In this document: in pieces, positions 36,710 to 50,200 of the stretch
Numbering within the stretch: position 1 is the first letter of the stretch
How the letters are laid out: every line of letters begins with the position of its first letter
DNA from: a virus
Taxonomy: Duplodnaviria; Caudoviricetes
Reading direction: 5' to 3' (one strand)
IMG/VR virus record: IMGVR_UViG_3300002220_000288
Span: 1 to 64,000 of that record
DNA length: 64,000 bases
Notes under the pieces: generated by a model
The model's input: the letters and a program-made list of their open reading frames with translations, nothing else
Told to the model about the DNA's origin: nothing
Databases searched by the model: none
Made by a program: the position numbers and the translations under genes

Positions 36710-39700
36710 TTATACAATACTGGTGATAATTCCGTTCGTTACCGTTACCGTCTTACTGTCTGCGGTGGTGAAGGTGCCGGATTTTCCGGTAGCGCCTCCA
36801 AATATATTAAAGCTAGTGGCCCCGCACCCAGCGTTCATATTGATCCCGCCGTTAGATATCCAGACTCCTCCATTGTCAATCAAGGACGCCCCTCTTAGTC
36901 GATAAGGCGCTCCACTACTGTTGTAGCTAGTGTCAAAGTAAGAGGTTGTCGATGAGCCGTTAAAGAACCCGCTGCTGGTTACGTTTGCAAAGGTGACGCT
37001 ATTTCCAGTCCCGACTGCCTGACCGATTGCAATAGTGGCTGTCGTCGTCCCAGTGATAGAAATGCCAGTCCCGGCGCTTAGCCTGCTTGATATGTTTTGC
37101 CACTGTATACTTGTTCCTGTACTAGCTAATAATTGGTTGCTGGAGCCAGCAGAGCCACCGGCAGTCAGTGCTCCGCCTATATCCATACCGTAAGTGTACA
37201 TATTGCCGTACCTTAAGGATATGCCTCCTATACTCCCTAGTCCATCGAATCCTGGACGGAGTGCTCCGCTCATGGTATTAGTCGATCCATTCAGCAAGAC
37301 ATTCCCTGTTATTGTCCCTGCTCCGCTGAAATCAAAATCCTTAAACCAAGCCTTTTCCCATCTTTGAGTGGTCGAGCCGAGGCTCGGATAGACGGTATCT
37401 GTGACAGCATCGCCGCCAGATACGCTCCTGAGCGCCGGTATGAAGTCGCTATAGCAAAACGTGTAATTTACAGCGGAGCCACCGGAGGCTCTCCAGCCAA
37501 CTATTAGACGGCTCCCTGCATTGTCTTTGATAGTAAAATTGCTTGCACCTATCGTAGAGGCATTTGCAAAAGTATCCCAATACCCTGCCCCTCCGGCTAG
37601 GTCTACTATTCTGATTAGCCTTGACTTCACGTAGTCGCCAACGCTTCCGACTTGAGCCGTGTCTATGAACTTTGCATAAACCGATCTAACCCTATTGCTG
37701 GATAATATCCCGATGTCATAGGTATCGCTTGCTGCCGGAATTAGCATCCCAGTGGAACCAATCGTCCACCTAGTAGTATTGTCCGTTCTGAGGTTAAGAG
37801 GCGCAGAGGTGGTCGGGCCAACGGTTCCTGTGGTTACGGCTGTAAAGGTTGGAGATGACGTAGTTGCGATATCTTGCGGCAGGCTTAGGGTCACTGATCC
37901 TGTCGATGCTGATACATTTACCTGATTAGTAGTTCCAGTCAGGGAAGTGACGCCACTATTAGTGATGGTTATTGTATTTGTGGCTGATGCAATCGAAATT
38001 CCAGTACTTGCTGCAATAGTTATTGATGGACCAGTCTGAGAGTTTATTGAGGTAATCGCGCCCACGCTTGAGACAGCCTGCCAGCTACCTACGCCAGAAG
38101 CATCAGATGTCCAAATATACCCATTGCTTGCCCCGGTAGGGAACGTAATAGTGCCAGTGGCTGTCAAATTTGCGAATGACCCACCTCTGCTGGTGTCAAT
38201 AGCAGTAACGTTATTGATCTTGATCGGGATTCCTTTGAAATCCGCTGCGTTGTTAGCCGGAGTGTTCCTGTCGGCCCATATCTGAAAGAATGTATTCAAT
38301 AAAGGATCCGCGAATCCTCTCACAATAGCTGCGCTACTGGTCCTATAGACTTCGCAGTATGGATACCAGTCGGAAGGATTATCACTTCTAGTAGTGAAGT
38401 AATTAGGACCCATGGCAGATAAGGACGATATAGACGAGCTGGAGACCTGAACAGCGCCGTAAAGATTCCCAGGCTTTATTGATACCGTTCCGCTATCAAA
38501 TCCAGAGGTAGCTGTATTTGTAGCCTCTATGTTCATTCCAACTAATTCTAAAAGCCCAGCGGATGTGGCGTAAAGCCTTGGGGTAGCCGTCGTGCTGATA
38601 GATGGGGCTATGAGTAAATTCTTGAAATATCCACCCACAAAAGAAACAGGAGAAGTTATATCTCCGATAAAACCAATCACATTACTGCTGGAGTCTACCA
38701 CCGTAAACCTAGTCGGCTTCCCGCCGCCCTGTCCAACGAGGATCTCCCCGGCGAAAAGTTCTGTCGTGCTAATTGCCCCGGCCGCAATCTTTCCGCCAGT
38801 GATTGAGTTGGCGACAATATCATCGCCGTCCGTGGCAACCGTCCAGATAGACCCAGTTGAACGATACAGCTTGTCGTCAGTGGTCAGGAATACAACTGCT
38901 CCCTCTGGGTAGGAAGAAGAAGGCAGTGAGGGCAAGCTGTTTACGATTTCAACCGGCCTAATGGTAGATGCAAACGCTGCGGTTGTGATTGTAGCCGGTG
39001 CTATTTGAGTGATTCCACCACTAGAGGTTACTGAAATATTTGAAGTCGGAGGAGTTGTAGTGTTGACTACTTTCCGGTAGTTGACTGACTCAGATTTGAA
39101 AATCCAATACTCCGCGCTGCCAGGGAGAGGCCACCAATCTGCCTGAGAAGAAGGGTCTACCGTTTCAGCGACTACAGCGTAAGCGGTCTTCACTGTGCCG
39201 TTGCCTGTCCCTGTTCCTCCGGTCTTCATGAATATAACGCCGACTGTATTTGCAGAAGCGCCTATGGCAGTGAAATTAGTAGTGCCGACCGATGTTATCT
39301 CGAACATCGCGCCATTTTGGGCCGAAGTCAAAGCAGTCGCATTTGCAGTGATTGGATTATACCCTGAATCGGTTGCGATTCTTGATATTCTCGCGAAGTA
39401 GTAGTCTGGGTCGGCAGGCTTGGTGAAGTTAAACGCGAATCTACCACTCGGCACACCTGCTCTATTAGAAGTCTCGACCTGCACGCTGAAATTTGTCACT
39501 TGGTCTGCTAGTCCCCATGCTGGAATCGTGAGAGTTTTATAGTAAGACGGTATGGTTTCGTCTGGCTGGTCGAGCCTGTAAGTGTTTTTATTTGCTGCAA
39601 TAGCAACGACGTAAGTAGCTCCTGCCGATGGCCATTCCTGCCAAGTGCCAGCGACTGCATCAGCGGCTATCTCGATCCACGCCCCAGACACAGGCGTTGA

Positions 39701-41203
39701 CATTCTTTGCCAGAAAAGAGAGTAGTAATCCGCGTCAGGCGCTGGAGTGGTTATTGTCGCGCTTACGAATATAGAAGAATTCCCTGCTTCGTCTATCGAG
39801 TATTGAAGTGCGTTAAGCAACCAAGCGCTGCTTCCGGGTTGTGTCGATGGGTTTAATGGAGTGATTCCGCCAGACGCAGGAACTGTTACGTTTACAGTTG
39901 GCGGAGTTGTGTTGTTTGCTATCTCTCTGTGGTTTACCGACCTGCATCTAAACTTCCAGTATTCAGCGTTTGTAGGAAGCGGCCAGTAGTCTACCTGCGT
40001 AAACGGGTTTATTTCACCGGCTATCCTTGTCCATTGTGCAAATACTTGCTCTGTACCTGCCGGGGGATTCGTCGTCAACTTCAACTGAGTATTGCTGATA
40101 ACTTCCGATACGATATAGGCGCTTGATTCTGGTAGATTAGGCCCGGCAGATATATATACGGTGTCGCCCGGTTGGACATGCGTGAAGTACTGACCTCTAA
40201 ATGTATCGCTATATATGCTTGATGTAGAGTTGTAAGTTGCCGTATTTCCGCTTACATCAACTATGGCAGTAGCTCCGATATTGCCAGTGAATGTGTTACT
40301 TACGTACCAAAGTCTCTCGATGGAAGAATAGTAATACTCAGGGTCCAGTGGTTTGTCGAAATTTACGATATACCTTCCGCTTGGAATATCGGACTGAGCC
40401 TGTTTTTCTACAGAGACAAAAAAGTTCGTGACCTGCGGAGCGTCTGCCCAAGGCCCGAAAATAAGCCGCTTGTAATTTACGCCATCAGGAGGCTTGGCCG
40501 TTCTCTGTTCTTTTGTGCTTGCAGTCAGGCAGCATGGAACATTCCATCCTGTAGGCGGCCTCAGTTGCCAAGTGCCAGCCTCTGCGTCTGCTGCTATCTC
40601 CTCCCAGGCCCCATCAATCGGATTCAAATTGAAGGCAACGTTAGACTGGACACCGGCGCTAGTTGTAAGGACCAAAGACTCAAACGGAGCGGATGGATTG
40701 GCGGATATGACGTAGGTGACAGAGTTGATGTTCATCTCTTGCCCAGCTACACAGTTCTCAAACGTATTGCCAGCTTCCTTACTGGCCGAAGTAAGAGTTA
40801 CCGCCGTGCCGTTTGTATCCACAAATCCAGATGCGTAATCCTGGATGAACATGGTGTAGTAGTCAACACTGGGAGGCTTGCTGCTAATGGAAGCGCTGGC
40901 AAATCCATACTGCAATCCGTCCTCTCCGGCTGAATAAACTACCGGATTAAGAGTCCAGTCTGAGGCTGCTGGCTGCGGGATTCCGCCTTCCGGCTGAGGC
41001 GGAGGAGGGTTGGTAGACTTGTCTCCGGCTGCTGATATCACGCCAGATCGCGTGAATTTCTTTGATGCAGCATCCGTCTCATCTCTCGCTGTGGTTATCT
41101 TTGAGTAAAGATCGTTGATTACCTGATTTAAGCGGTAAAGCTCTTGGTCATCCAGGTCTTCTTTTCTTACTGATAGTCTGCTATCTGGTTCTTTTGTTTC
41201 CAT
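36710..41203 (-). CDS. Tail fibre / receptor-binding protein
   Basis: Ser/Thr/Gly-rich; ANSITGGKIAAGAI, GVTSLTGTTNQVNVS, C-terminal KTVTVTNGIITSI; duplicated N-terminal domain. Confidence 0.8.
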   Translation of the reverse strand: METKEPDSRLSVRKEDLDDQELYRLNQVINDLYSKITTARDETDAASKKFTRSGVISAAGDKSTNPPPPQPEGGIPQPAASDWTLNPVVYSAGEDGLQYGFASASISSKPPSVDYYTMFIQDYASGFVDTNGTAVTLTSASKEAGNTFENCVAGQEMNINSVTYVISANPSAPFESLVLTTSAGVQSNVAFNLNPIDGAWEEIAADAEAGTWQLRPPTGWNVPCCLTASTKEQRTAKPPDGVNYKRLIFGPWADAPQVTNFFVSVEKQAQSDIPSGRYIVNFDKPLDPEYYYSSIERLWYVSNTFTGNIGATAIVDVSGNTATYNSTSSIYSDTFRGQYFTHVQPGDTVYISAGPNLPESSAYIVSEVISNTQLKLTTNPPAGTEQVFAQWTRIAGEINPFTQVDYWPLPTNAEYWKFRCRSVNHREIANNTTPPTVNVTVPASGGITPLNPSTQPGSSAWLLNALQYSIDEAGNSSIFVSATITTPAPDADYYSLFWQRMSTPVSGAWIEIAADAVAGTWQEWPSAGATYVVAIAANKNTYRLDQPDETIPSYYKTLTIPAWGLADQVTNFSVQVETSNRAGVPSGRFAFNFTKPADPDYYFARISRIATDSGYNPITANATALTSAQNGAMFEITSVGTTNFTAIGASANTVGVIFMKTGGTGTGNGTVKTAYAVVAETVDPSSQADWWPLPGSAEYWIFKSESVNYRKVVNTTTPPTSNISVTSSGGITQIAPATITTAAFASTIRPVEIVNSLPSLPSSSYPEGAVVFLTTDDKLYRSTGSIWTVATDGDDIVANSITGGKIAAGAISTTELFAGEILVGQGGGKPTRFTVVDSSSNVIGFIGDITSPVSFVGGYFKNLLIAPSISTTATPRLYATSAGLLELVGMNIEATNTATSGFDSGTVSIKPGNLYGAVQVSSSSISSLSAMGPNYFTTRSDNPSDWYPYCEVYRTSSAAIVRGFADPLLNTFFQIWADRNTPANNAADFKGIPIKINNVTAIDTSRGGSFANLTATGTITFPTGASNGYIWTSDASGVGSWQAVSSVGAITSINSQTGPSITIAASTGISIASATNTITITNSGVTSLTGTTNQVNVSASTGSVTLSLPQDIATTSSPTFTAVTTGTVGPTTSAPLNLRTDNTTRWTIGSTGMLIPAASDTYDIGILSSNRVRSVYAKFIDTAQVGSVGDYVKSRLIRIVDLAGGAGYWDTFANASTIGASNFTIKDNAGSRLIVGWRASGGSAVNYTFCYSDFIPALRSVSGGDAVTDTVYPSLGSTTQRWEKAWFKDFDFSGAGTITGNVLLNGSTNTMSGALRPGFDGLGSIGGISLRYGNMYTYGMDIGGALTAGGSAGSSNQLLASTGTSIQWQNISSRLSAGTGISITGTTTATIAIGQAVGTGNSVTFANVTSSGFFNGSSTTSYFDTSYNSSGAPYRLRGASLIDNGGVWISNGGINMNAGCGATSFNIFGGATGKSGTFTTADSKTVTVTNGIITSIV

Positions 41204-41206
41204 GCT

Positions 41207-44200
41207 TTACACCGCAAGTTGCATATTGGTCCACGGGATGAACTGGTAGTAGCCTTGCCGCTGGTCTGCCGATAGGTTGATGTATTCCAGTCGAGAGGTG
41301 TCCCTGTACCATTTGAAAGGCTTTGATGGGTCTACAGCCTCTATTATAATACGGTGTTTCTTGCTCTTGTTTATTACGCTCCCGTTTTTAACAGGCAAGT
41401 AAAACCGCTGCACTTCTCTTGCGGCATGAGGAGGCAGTGTCTTGGAGTAAAAAAGGACGTTATCTTCGTTGTAGAATTTAACAATGATATCTCCGTCGCA
41501 CTTGTAGTCCGCCCAGAACTGCTTTAGTACGGTATACCCGGCGCTGCCAAGACCTTGCTCGTAGCTGTCAAGAAACACGAATGGGCAAGAGTCCTTTACC
41601 GTGTTAAAGTTCGGCGCTCCAAACACTTGAGCTTTACCGCCTGCGCCTGGGTCAAAGGTCAAGCGGTACATTTTCCCGATTATCTCCGTGTTGTTTTGAG
41701 CGGTCAAAAACACTTGACGAGATTCGCTAGTTGTGTTGACCGTAAAGGTCTGTTTAGCCACGCCATCGACTTCAAGGGTAACAGTGCAATTCACTCCCCC
41801 GGTGTCAATGGAAAGCCCTACGCCACGAAATATCTTATCGCAAGGATACTCAAGGTCGGTCCACTCGGAAAACTTCTGGATGTCTGGTGGGTAAGGGACG
41901 GTGTTTCCGAACCTGTATCCCCACATTTTGAAGTCTGGGTCAAGTCGATTAGACCTGCCCCCAGTAGAGAGCGCCCTGATTCTTACCATTTTGCAAATAG
42001 TCTCGTTTACAGGGAATGTCTTGTATCCACGACCAGTAGAGTTAAGCGTGAAAGTCTGAACTGCAAGATTTTCAGTATTTCCGTTAATGCCAGTGATCGT
42101 GTCAAGCGCTACAACTACGTCCTTGCCGTTAGTCTCAAACTCAATAGTTATCTCGCTGATCTTCTTGTCGTATGGGTGATCTAAGTTATCCCAGTCGAAC
42201 GTATGGTAGACAGGGCCTTTGTCCGCTGGACGGAATACAGGCTTGTACTCCCAGAGCTGGAACCTTCCGCCAGAAGGAATCTGGTCTGGGTTTACTTGCA
42301 GCCTCATTGTTTGGAATGTGATCGCAGGGTTGAGAGTGCAGTTAAAGTTCCTATCTTGCTGCGTTCCCTCGACAACAACCCTTTGCTTCCAGACGCCATC
42401 ACAATACACGTCAACAGGGATTTGATAGCCGTTGGTGTTAATATCGAATGTGATCTGCTCGGCATACTTCATGTAGTCGTAGCCAAAGTCAGTCCAAGGA
42501 GTAGAGAGGACAATTGGCTTCGGCAGATTCTCGAATTCAAACTTCTGGTCAAATAACTGGAACTTCCCGTTGGCGGGAATGCTGGTTACATTAAGACGGA
42601 CAAGTTTCGCTATGAGATCCTTCTTTAACGGGATCGGCTGCATCCTGTTGTTTGCGGTCCCGTTAATAGTGACTGTCTGAAGAACAGCACCGTCACCCTC
42701 TACGTTCACCGTTACGTTTTGCCCATTAGTATCGCAGTTTACGTAGAGCTGATAGAATCTCTTTTCGTATTCATATCCAAGGTCAGACCAGTCGGTGAAG
42801 TTCACAATATCAGCAGGGTACTGAATGACATTGCTAAACTTGTACCCATACATCTTAAAAGATGCCGGAAGGACTGACGTGGTAGGTGAGCCGGAACCAA
42901 TTGCTCGAATCCGAATCATCTTGCAGACGGTCTCAGGAATAGCAAACGTCTTGAACCCCCTAATGCCGCTGGTGTTCGGAAGTGTCAAGGTCTGGAACGC
43001 TAGGGTCTGAGTGGTTCCGTTTATTCCTGAAAGGGTGTCAAGGGCGATCTTTACATCGTCAGCCGCCCCCGTCTCGAATTCAATAGTTACCTCAGTTAGC
43101 TTCTTGTCATACGGGTATTGGAGATCATCCCAGTCAAAGGTGTGGAATACTTCACCTTTGTCTGCCGGTCGGAATATAGGCCGGTAATCCCACAACTGGA
43201 ACCTTCCGTTCGCAGGAACAGTTCCGACCTCTAATCGCATCGTTCGAAATGTCAACGCTGGATTTAGAGTTATGATCTGGTTGCGGTTTGCTTGAGTGCC
43301 TGTGACGTTGACGGTTTGCATTAAAACTCCGTCGCCATAGATGCTAACAGGTACTGATTGATTATTTGTGTTTACATCAAAACTGATCTGCTCTGCGTAC
43401 TTCAGGTAGTCATATCCAAAATCATTCCAAGGGGTAGATAGAACGATTGGCTTAGGAAGGCTCTCGTAATCGAACTTGTAGTCAAAAAGTTGGAATTTCC
43501 CTCCAGCCGGAACGCTAACTACGTTCAACCTAATCAACTTGCTGATTATGTCCTTGTTGATCGGGATCGGCTGCATCCTGTTTGTAGCAGTGCCGTTGAT
43601 CGTAACAGTCTGCAACACGGATCCATCGCCTTCGATATTAACGCTTACGTTCTGACCGTTGGTGTCACAATTGACGTACAACTGGTATATGCGCTTCTCG
43701 TACTGGTAGCCTAAATCAGACCAATCGGTAAAGTTTACAATATCGGCAGGATACTGAACAACGTTGCTAATCTTGTATCCGTACATCTTAAACGAGGCTG
43801 GAAGGACCGAAGTGGTCGGAGATCCAGAGCCAATAGCTCGTATCCGAACCATCTTGCAAACTGTTTCATTTATCGGGAACGTCTTGAAGCCACGGACTCC
43901 CGAAGTGTTTGGCAGCGTAAGCGTTTGAAACGCCAGTGTCTGAGTAGCGCCATCCACTCCTGAGATAGTATCAATTGCAATCTTTACATCATCAGAAGCC
44001 CCGGTCTCGAATTCGATGCTAATCTCTGTCAGCTTTTTATCGTAAGGGTATTGTAGATCATCCCAATCGAAAGTGTGATAGACCTCGCCTTTGTCGGCTG
44101 GCCGGAAGATCGGCCTATAATCCCAAAGCTGGAATCGACCACCAGCGGGGACAGTCCCGACCTCTAGCCGCATAGTGCGGAATGTCAGCGCTGGGTTTAG

Positions 44201-47200
44201 GGTGATGATTTGGTTTCTATTAGCCTGTGTCCCTGTGACATTTACAGTCTGCATTAAAACGCCGTCGCCATAAATACCTACAGGAACTATTTGGTTGTTC
44301 GTATTCACATCAAAGCTTATCTGCTCGGCATACTTTAGATAGTCATACCCAAAATCAGACCAAGGCGTAGACAATACAATTGGCTTAGGAAGATTTTCGT
44401 AATCAAACTTGTAATCAAATAACTGGAATTTCCCGCCAGACGGTACGCTGACAACATTAAGCCGGATCAGCTTGCCAATCAAATCTTTATTTAGAGGGAT
44501 TGGCTGCATTCTGTTAGTCGCTGTACCGTTAATAGTGACGGTTTGAAGAACTGTCCCGTCAGCTTCTATGTTCACGCTAACGTTTTGACTGTTAGTGTCG
44601 CAGTTAATATACAACTGATACAGTCGTTTTTCGTACTGATATCCAAGATCTGACCAGTCAGTAAAATTGACTATATCTGCCGGGTATTGAACTACGTTGC
44701 TGAACTTATAGCCATACATCTTAAACGTAGCAGGCAGAGAAGAGGTCGTGGGAGACCCAGAACCTATAGCCCTTATCCGAATCATCTTACAAACTGTTTC
44801 GTTGATCGGGAACGTCTTATATCCGCGAGTGCCGGATGTGTTCGGAAGTGTCAGGGTTTGGAATGCTAGCGTTTGAGTAGAACCATCTATGCCAGATATG
44901 GTGTCTATGGCAATCTTGACGTCATCAGATGTCCCAGTCTCGAACTCTATACTAACTTCAGTCAGCTTTTTATCGTAAGGATATTGCAGATCGTCCCAGT
45001 CAAAAGTGTGGTAGACTTCTCCCTTGTCGGCAGGTCTGAAAATCGGTCGATAGTCCCATAGCTGAAACCTTCCATTGGCCGGAACTGTTCCAACTTCAAG
45101 CCTCATGGTCCTGAATGTTAAGGCCGGATTTAGGGTGACTATCTGGTTCCGGTTGGCTTGAGTGCCTGTCACGTTAATGGTCTGCATAAGCGTTCCATCT
45201 CCGTATATACTTACAGGGACAGACTGACCGTTTGTGTTTACGTCAAATGAAATCTGCTCAGCATACTTGAGATAGTCGTATCCAAAATCGCTCCAAGGCG
45301 TAGATAAGACGATTGGCTTGGGAAGACTTTCAAAATCGAACTTGTAATCAAAGAGCTGGAATTTACCACCAGCCGGAACGCTGACCACGTTCAGTCTAAT
45401 CAGTTTCCCGATCAAGTCTTTATTGATTGGGATAGGCTGCATCCTGTTTGTGGCGGTCCCATTGATAGTAACCGTTTGCAGAACTGACCCATCTGCTTCG
45501 ATATTTACGCTTACGTTTTGGCCGTTTGTGTCGCAATTAACATATAGCTGATAGAGCCGCTTCTCGTACTGGTAGCCAAGATCAGACCAGTCGGTGAAGT
45601 TCACGATGTCTGCCGGGTATTGGACTACGTTACTAAACTTATACCCGTACATCTTAAATGAAGCCGGAAGGACGGAGGTTGTAGGAGATCCAGACCCGAT
45701 TGCTCGGATTCGGATCATCTTGCAAACTGTTTCGTTAATCGGGAATGTCTTGAAGCCTCTAGCTCCGCTTGTATTAGGGAGGGTTAAAGTCTGGAAAGCC
45801 AGAGTCCGAGTGTTCCCGTCCACCCCGGATAAAATATCGAGAGCAATCTTTACGTCATCCGATGCGCCCGTCTCGAATTCTATGCTAACCTCAGTTAACT
45901 TCTTGTCGTATGGGTACTGTAGATCGTCCCAGTCGAACGTGTGAAATACTTCACCCTTATCTGCTGGCCGGAAAATAGGACGATAATCCCAGAGCTGGAA
46001 TCTTCCACCAGCCGGAATAACACCGACCTCTAATCGCATAGTTCGGAAGGTTAGGGCCGGGTTAAGGGTTATGATCTGATTGCGGTTGGCTTGGGTTCCG
46101 GTAACGTTTACCGTCTGCATTAGCACGCCATCCCCGTAGATACTTACCGGAACTATCTGATTATTAGTGTTCACGTCAAAGCTGATCTGCTCGGCGTACT
46201 TGAGGTAGTCGTACCCAAAGTCAGACCAAGGGGTAGACAGTACGGTTGGCTGAGGTAGTTTCTCGTAATCAAACTTAAAGTCAAATAGCTGGAATTTGCC
46301 GCCGACAGGGATACTGCCCGATACCTTTAGCCGTATCAATTTCCCGATCAAGTCTTTGTTGATAGGGATTGTCTGCATACGGTTGGTCGCGCTTCCGTTT
46401 ACAGTTACCGCCTGGAGAACAGCGCCGTCTGCTTCTATATCAACGCTTACGTTCTGGCTATTAGTGTCGCAGTTGATATATAGCTGGTATAGGCGTTTCT
46501 CGTACGGATAGCCAAGGTCGGACCAGTCGGTATTGTTTACGATATCCCTTGGATAGTCTTCCTTCTGGAACGAGTAATTGAATATCTGGTAATCAGTTGT
46601 GGCTACCTGAGGTCGAAGCCTTACCATCTTGGCTATGATGTCAGCCGTGATAGGAATGCTGCTCTTGGCTCTGCCAACCTTGGCCGGAAGGGTGATGATC
46701 TGTGCGCTGAGAGCAGTGGTTGCGCTATTAAGTCCGCCAATGGTATCCAGCAGTAAGACTAAGTTCGTGTTGTTGTTGTCGTACTCGATGGTGACATTAA
46801 ACAACCGTTTATCAAACGGATGCCCAAGGTCATCCCAGTCCGTAACTCTACCCTTGATTACGTCCGAAAGAGGAATAAACGTGTAGGCAAAGTTGTGGAA
46901 TGTGTTGTATGCCTTAGATAGCCCATGCAGGCTAAATAGTGCCGCACGAGCCTCTCTTCCAGCGGACGCGCTGCTGATTTGCTGAAGTGGGAACTCTGCG
47001 ATTTGACGGCCAGAAGATGCGTTTGATATAGCTCCAGCATCTACCTCGATCACAGAACCAGTTCCCGTACCGCCAGCGCCCGACTTAACAAATGTCAGTC
47101 CGACCGTGCTGCCTACCGCTCCAATGGTAGTAAAGTCAGTCGTCCCAGCAAACAATATCTCGTAGGTCTTGCCGTTGTCAGCCGCCGTCAGAGTGCTTGC

Positions 47201-50200
47201 GTTTATTGGATTAGATAGGTAATCGTAGTAAACACGGTAGAAAAATGAATTCCCAGCGTCAGTCCCAGTTCCTGAAGTGAACTCAAGCCCGATGTCGGTA
47301 AAGTTCTTCTTTGTGAGGGCAGCGCCCATATCGTAAAACTTGGTTTCTACTTGATAGTAGACTGACTCGCTGTTATCCGTGTAAGTGGACACGTCATCGT
47401 AATCAATGAGAGCCATACTGAAAGTGGGAGTTGGCCAAGCTCCAGTCGCTATTGTCTTAGAAGCGTATAGCTTTCCGCTTGCCTTCTCTGCCGCCATTGC
47501 AGTTATTGCGGCTGGCCTCAGGTTTATCCCGTTTCGGGTTGATTCTCCGTTTGGATATTGCAATTGGGAAGGGTCGTAAACTTCGTCTAGGCTCCACCTG
47601 TCGAACAAGAGGTTATAGCGAAGAATAAAGAACCATCCATCAGAGTTGATGTAGTTGAAAAAGACTTCGTTATTCTTCTGTTGGATATTGCATAGAGGAT
47701 AGTAGGTTGAGTTGTTGCGATCAAAGAAAGCTATATCGTTAACTTTCTTCCGGTTGAAGATAAAGTCAATCGCAAAAGTTACTTTCCGTACTGATCCGCC
47801 GCCCCAAGCGTAAATACCGTCATTACTCAGGAACCATATCTCGTTATCGACGTATCCCCATGCGTGTTTGAGAACCAGTCCCCTATTTGCCGGGGTCTTA
47901 AATGGCCCAACTAGCCTTCCATTGTCCAGTCTTACGGTGTAGATTCCGTTCTGACACAAGCAGACGATCTCCCCATTAAACTCAGCGATCCCGTTAATAG
48001 GGTTATCGGGAGAAGAAATAGAAAGGACGTGGGGGTTCCCGGTGACCTCGTTTATTACAGGGAAAGATTCCGGCCTACCAGTCTTTGATGAGTAAAGGAT
48101 GTGCGGATTCTTGGGGTCTCCTGCTACCCACATTCGATTAAAGGCAGAGCAGATAGTATCGCAAGCCGCGCCAGCGTTTGTATCCCAGATTACCAGCTCG
48201 TCATTTACGTGATCGTATTGAGTATAAGTAGTGAACGATGCGGTCCCGACAGAGAGAACAATACAGGACTCTTGCTTGCCTGTTGAATTTGTTGCGCTCG
48301 TCAGGCTTGATGCACCGCCGATATTTACTACCGTTCCGGGAGTTAATATCGAGCGAAGGTTTCCGCCAGAGGGGTAAGTGATGCCAGTAAGGGTGACCGT
48401 GGATAGTCCTCCCTTCGTCAAACTCCCGACAATCCTGGCCTTGTACTCGTTCCCAATATCAGACGTAACAGGGGCATCGTTATCAAACTCAGCAATCGGA
48501 GCGCCGACAATCGAAAGGTCGTCCGCTGTATCAACGAAATTAACTACCGCCCCGTCAATATTGTCAACAATACCCACTCTCCGATAGAATCCGTCAGCAA
48601 AAGAACCGCCAGTTCTGTAAATGCAGATCCTGTTAACTTCAGAACTAAAGCTCTGCGTATCCGTCTGATCCGCCCCTAACATGCTGACATTGATGCCTTG
48701 GCGAATCAAATTCAGCCCGTTCTCGGGAATCATCTCGATAGACGGGTTGCTCTCCGCCCCGGTAACACCGTTCTTGTATGTGTAAACGTATCGGTACGGA
48801 GTTAGCTTAGCCCCATAGTTAGAGTTGACGCCCTTTCCGCCGTAAGCGAAGATGCTTCCCAGCTTAAAAGAGATAACGTCTGTCGTTGTAATTGGTCGGA
48901 CAATTACTTCAACAGAAGTTATATTCTTCCACCCCAGTCCGCCAGATCCGTCGTCAACAGTCCCTGCTCCTCCAGCCGCTAAAAATGACCTCTTTGAAAT
49001 CTCAACTTGACTCCATGCTCCGGTTCCTGCTTTAGATGGGGTCAGATAGGCTGGGTTTAACCCGGCTTGAGTGGTGTCGTAGTTGATCTTCTCGCCGGTC
49101 GGAATAGTGTAGTTATTGGTGTCGAGATATACGCCAGTGTTGTATTCGTTAGGAGCTGACTCCGGCCCGTATGGATCAATCGTAGAGTTAGAGGTTGCCG
49201 CATTTTGAAGCCTTTGAACCTCCCCAGGAGAGATAGCCTTCTCATAATAAGCACTCGTAGAGCCGCCAGTATAGAGTCTCAGTCGTATGTCGTAGATATT
49301 TTCAGGAGTGGAAGTGAAAAACGAAAACGAAACAGTGTCATCACTGACGTATCCCTCGACATCGTTTTGGCCACTGAAAGACAGGTCTGCCGTCAAAGTA
49401 GCAGAGGTTATGGAATAAGCCTGCCCTGCCGTGGTTGTTATGGCTGTGCTTTCATAGGCTGTTACCGCGCCACTAGGGGCCGTAGCAAAAAACGCATAGA
49501 TAGCACCAGCGGAGTCAACTTTCTCAATAATCGAAGACTGTGAGCCGCACACGATATACATCCCAGGGAGCCAAGCTGCTGATGTAGAAGTGAAAGTTAT
49601 TTTATAGAAGCTAGAACCTGTCGGTTGTTCCGTGGCTGTGCTAATCGTGCCGGATACCCTGGTAGAACTAATAGCGATAGATCCAGATGTCCCAGAGGCG
49701 ATAATCGGAACTATCGTTACCGTGCTAGGAGTGATTGTCGCTGGCTTAGCTGGCGGCAATATCCCCCAATACTTAGCCGTAGAAGAACTGTTGTTATTGC
49801 GGAGCATGCCACGGGTGTAATCCCCGCCTGGATAGTCATTGTACCCGGTGGCAAAATAAGTCATACCAGTTGATTCGGTCTGGTCTGTCTTATAGGTAGC
49901 TATCCCTACTCTCTTGTTAGAGGTGGAGACGCTGGTTGCCAGCGAAGAGTAGTTGCCAGATGTCCCTATCTTCCGATAGAGGTTGGTGCCTTCGGAAAGA
50001 AAGAAGGTCGGCGTGGAGGTAGCGCCAATCTGTGTGACATGAAGAGAGGCTGCATAAGCAGGAGTCCCGCTAGGCCAAGATCCAGTCAGATTAGTATGTC
50101 CGTAACGAGGGGAGAGAGACCCTTCCTGTTCGGATACAGTATTCAAAAGAAGTGAATACTGACCATCTTGCAGTTGGTTAATGTCTATCTTTTGAACGAC

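Noticed and set aside
41880-46530. CRISPR array or assembly artefact
   Set aside because: Units are 933-bp in-frame coding repeats with many silent differences; no short repeat-spacer pattern was seen anywhere in the window.
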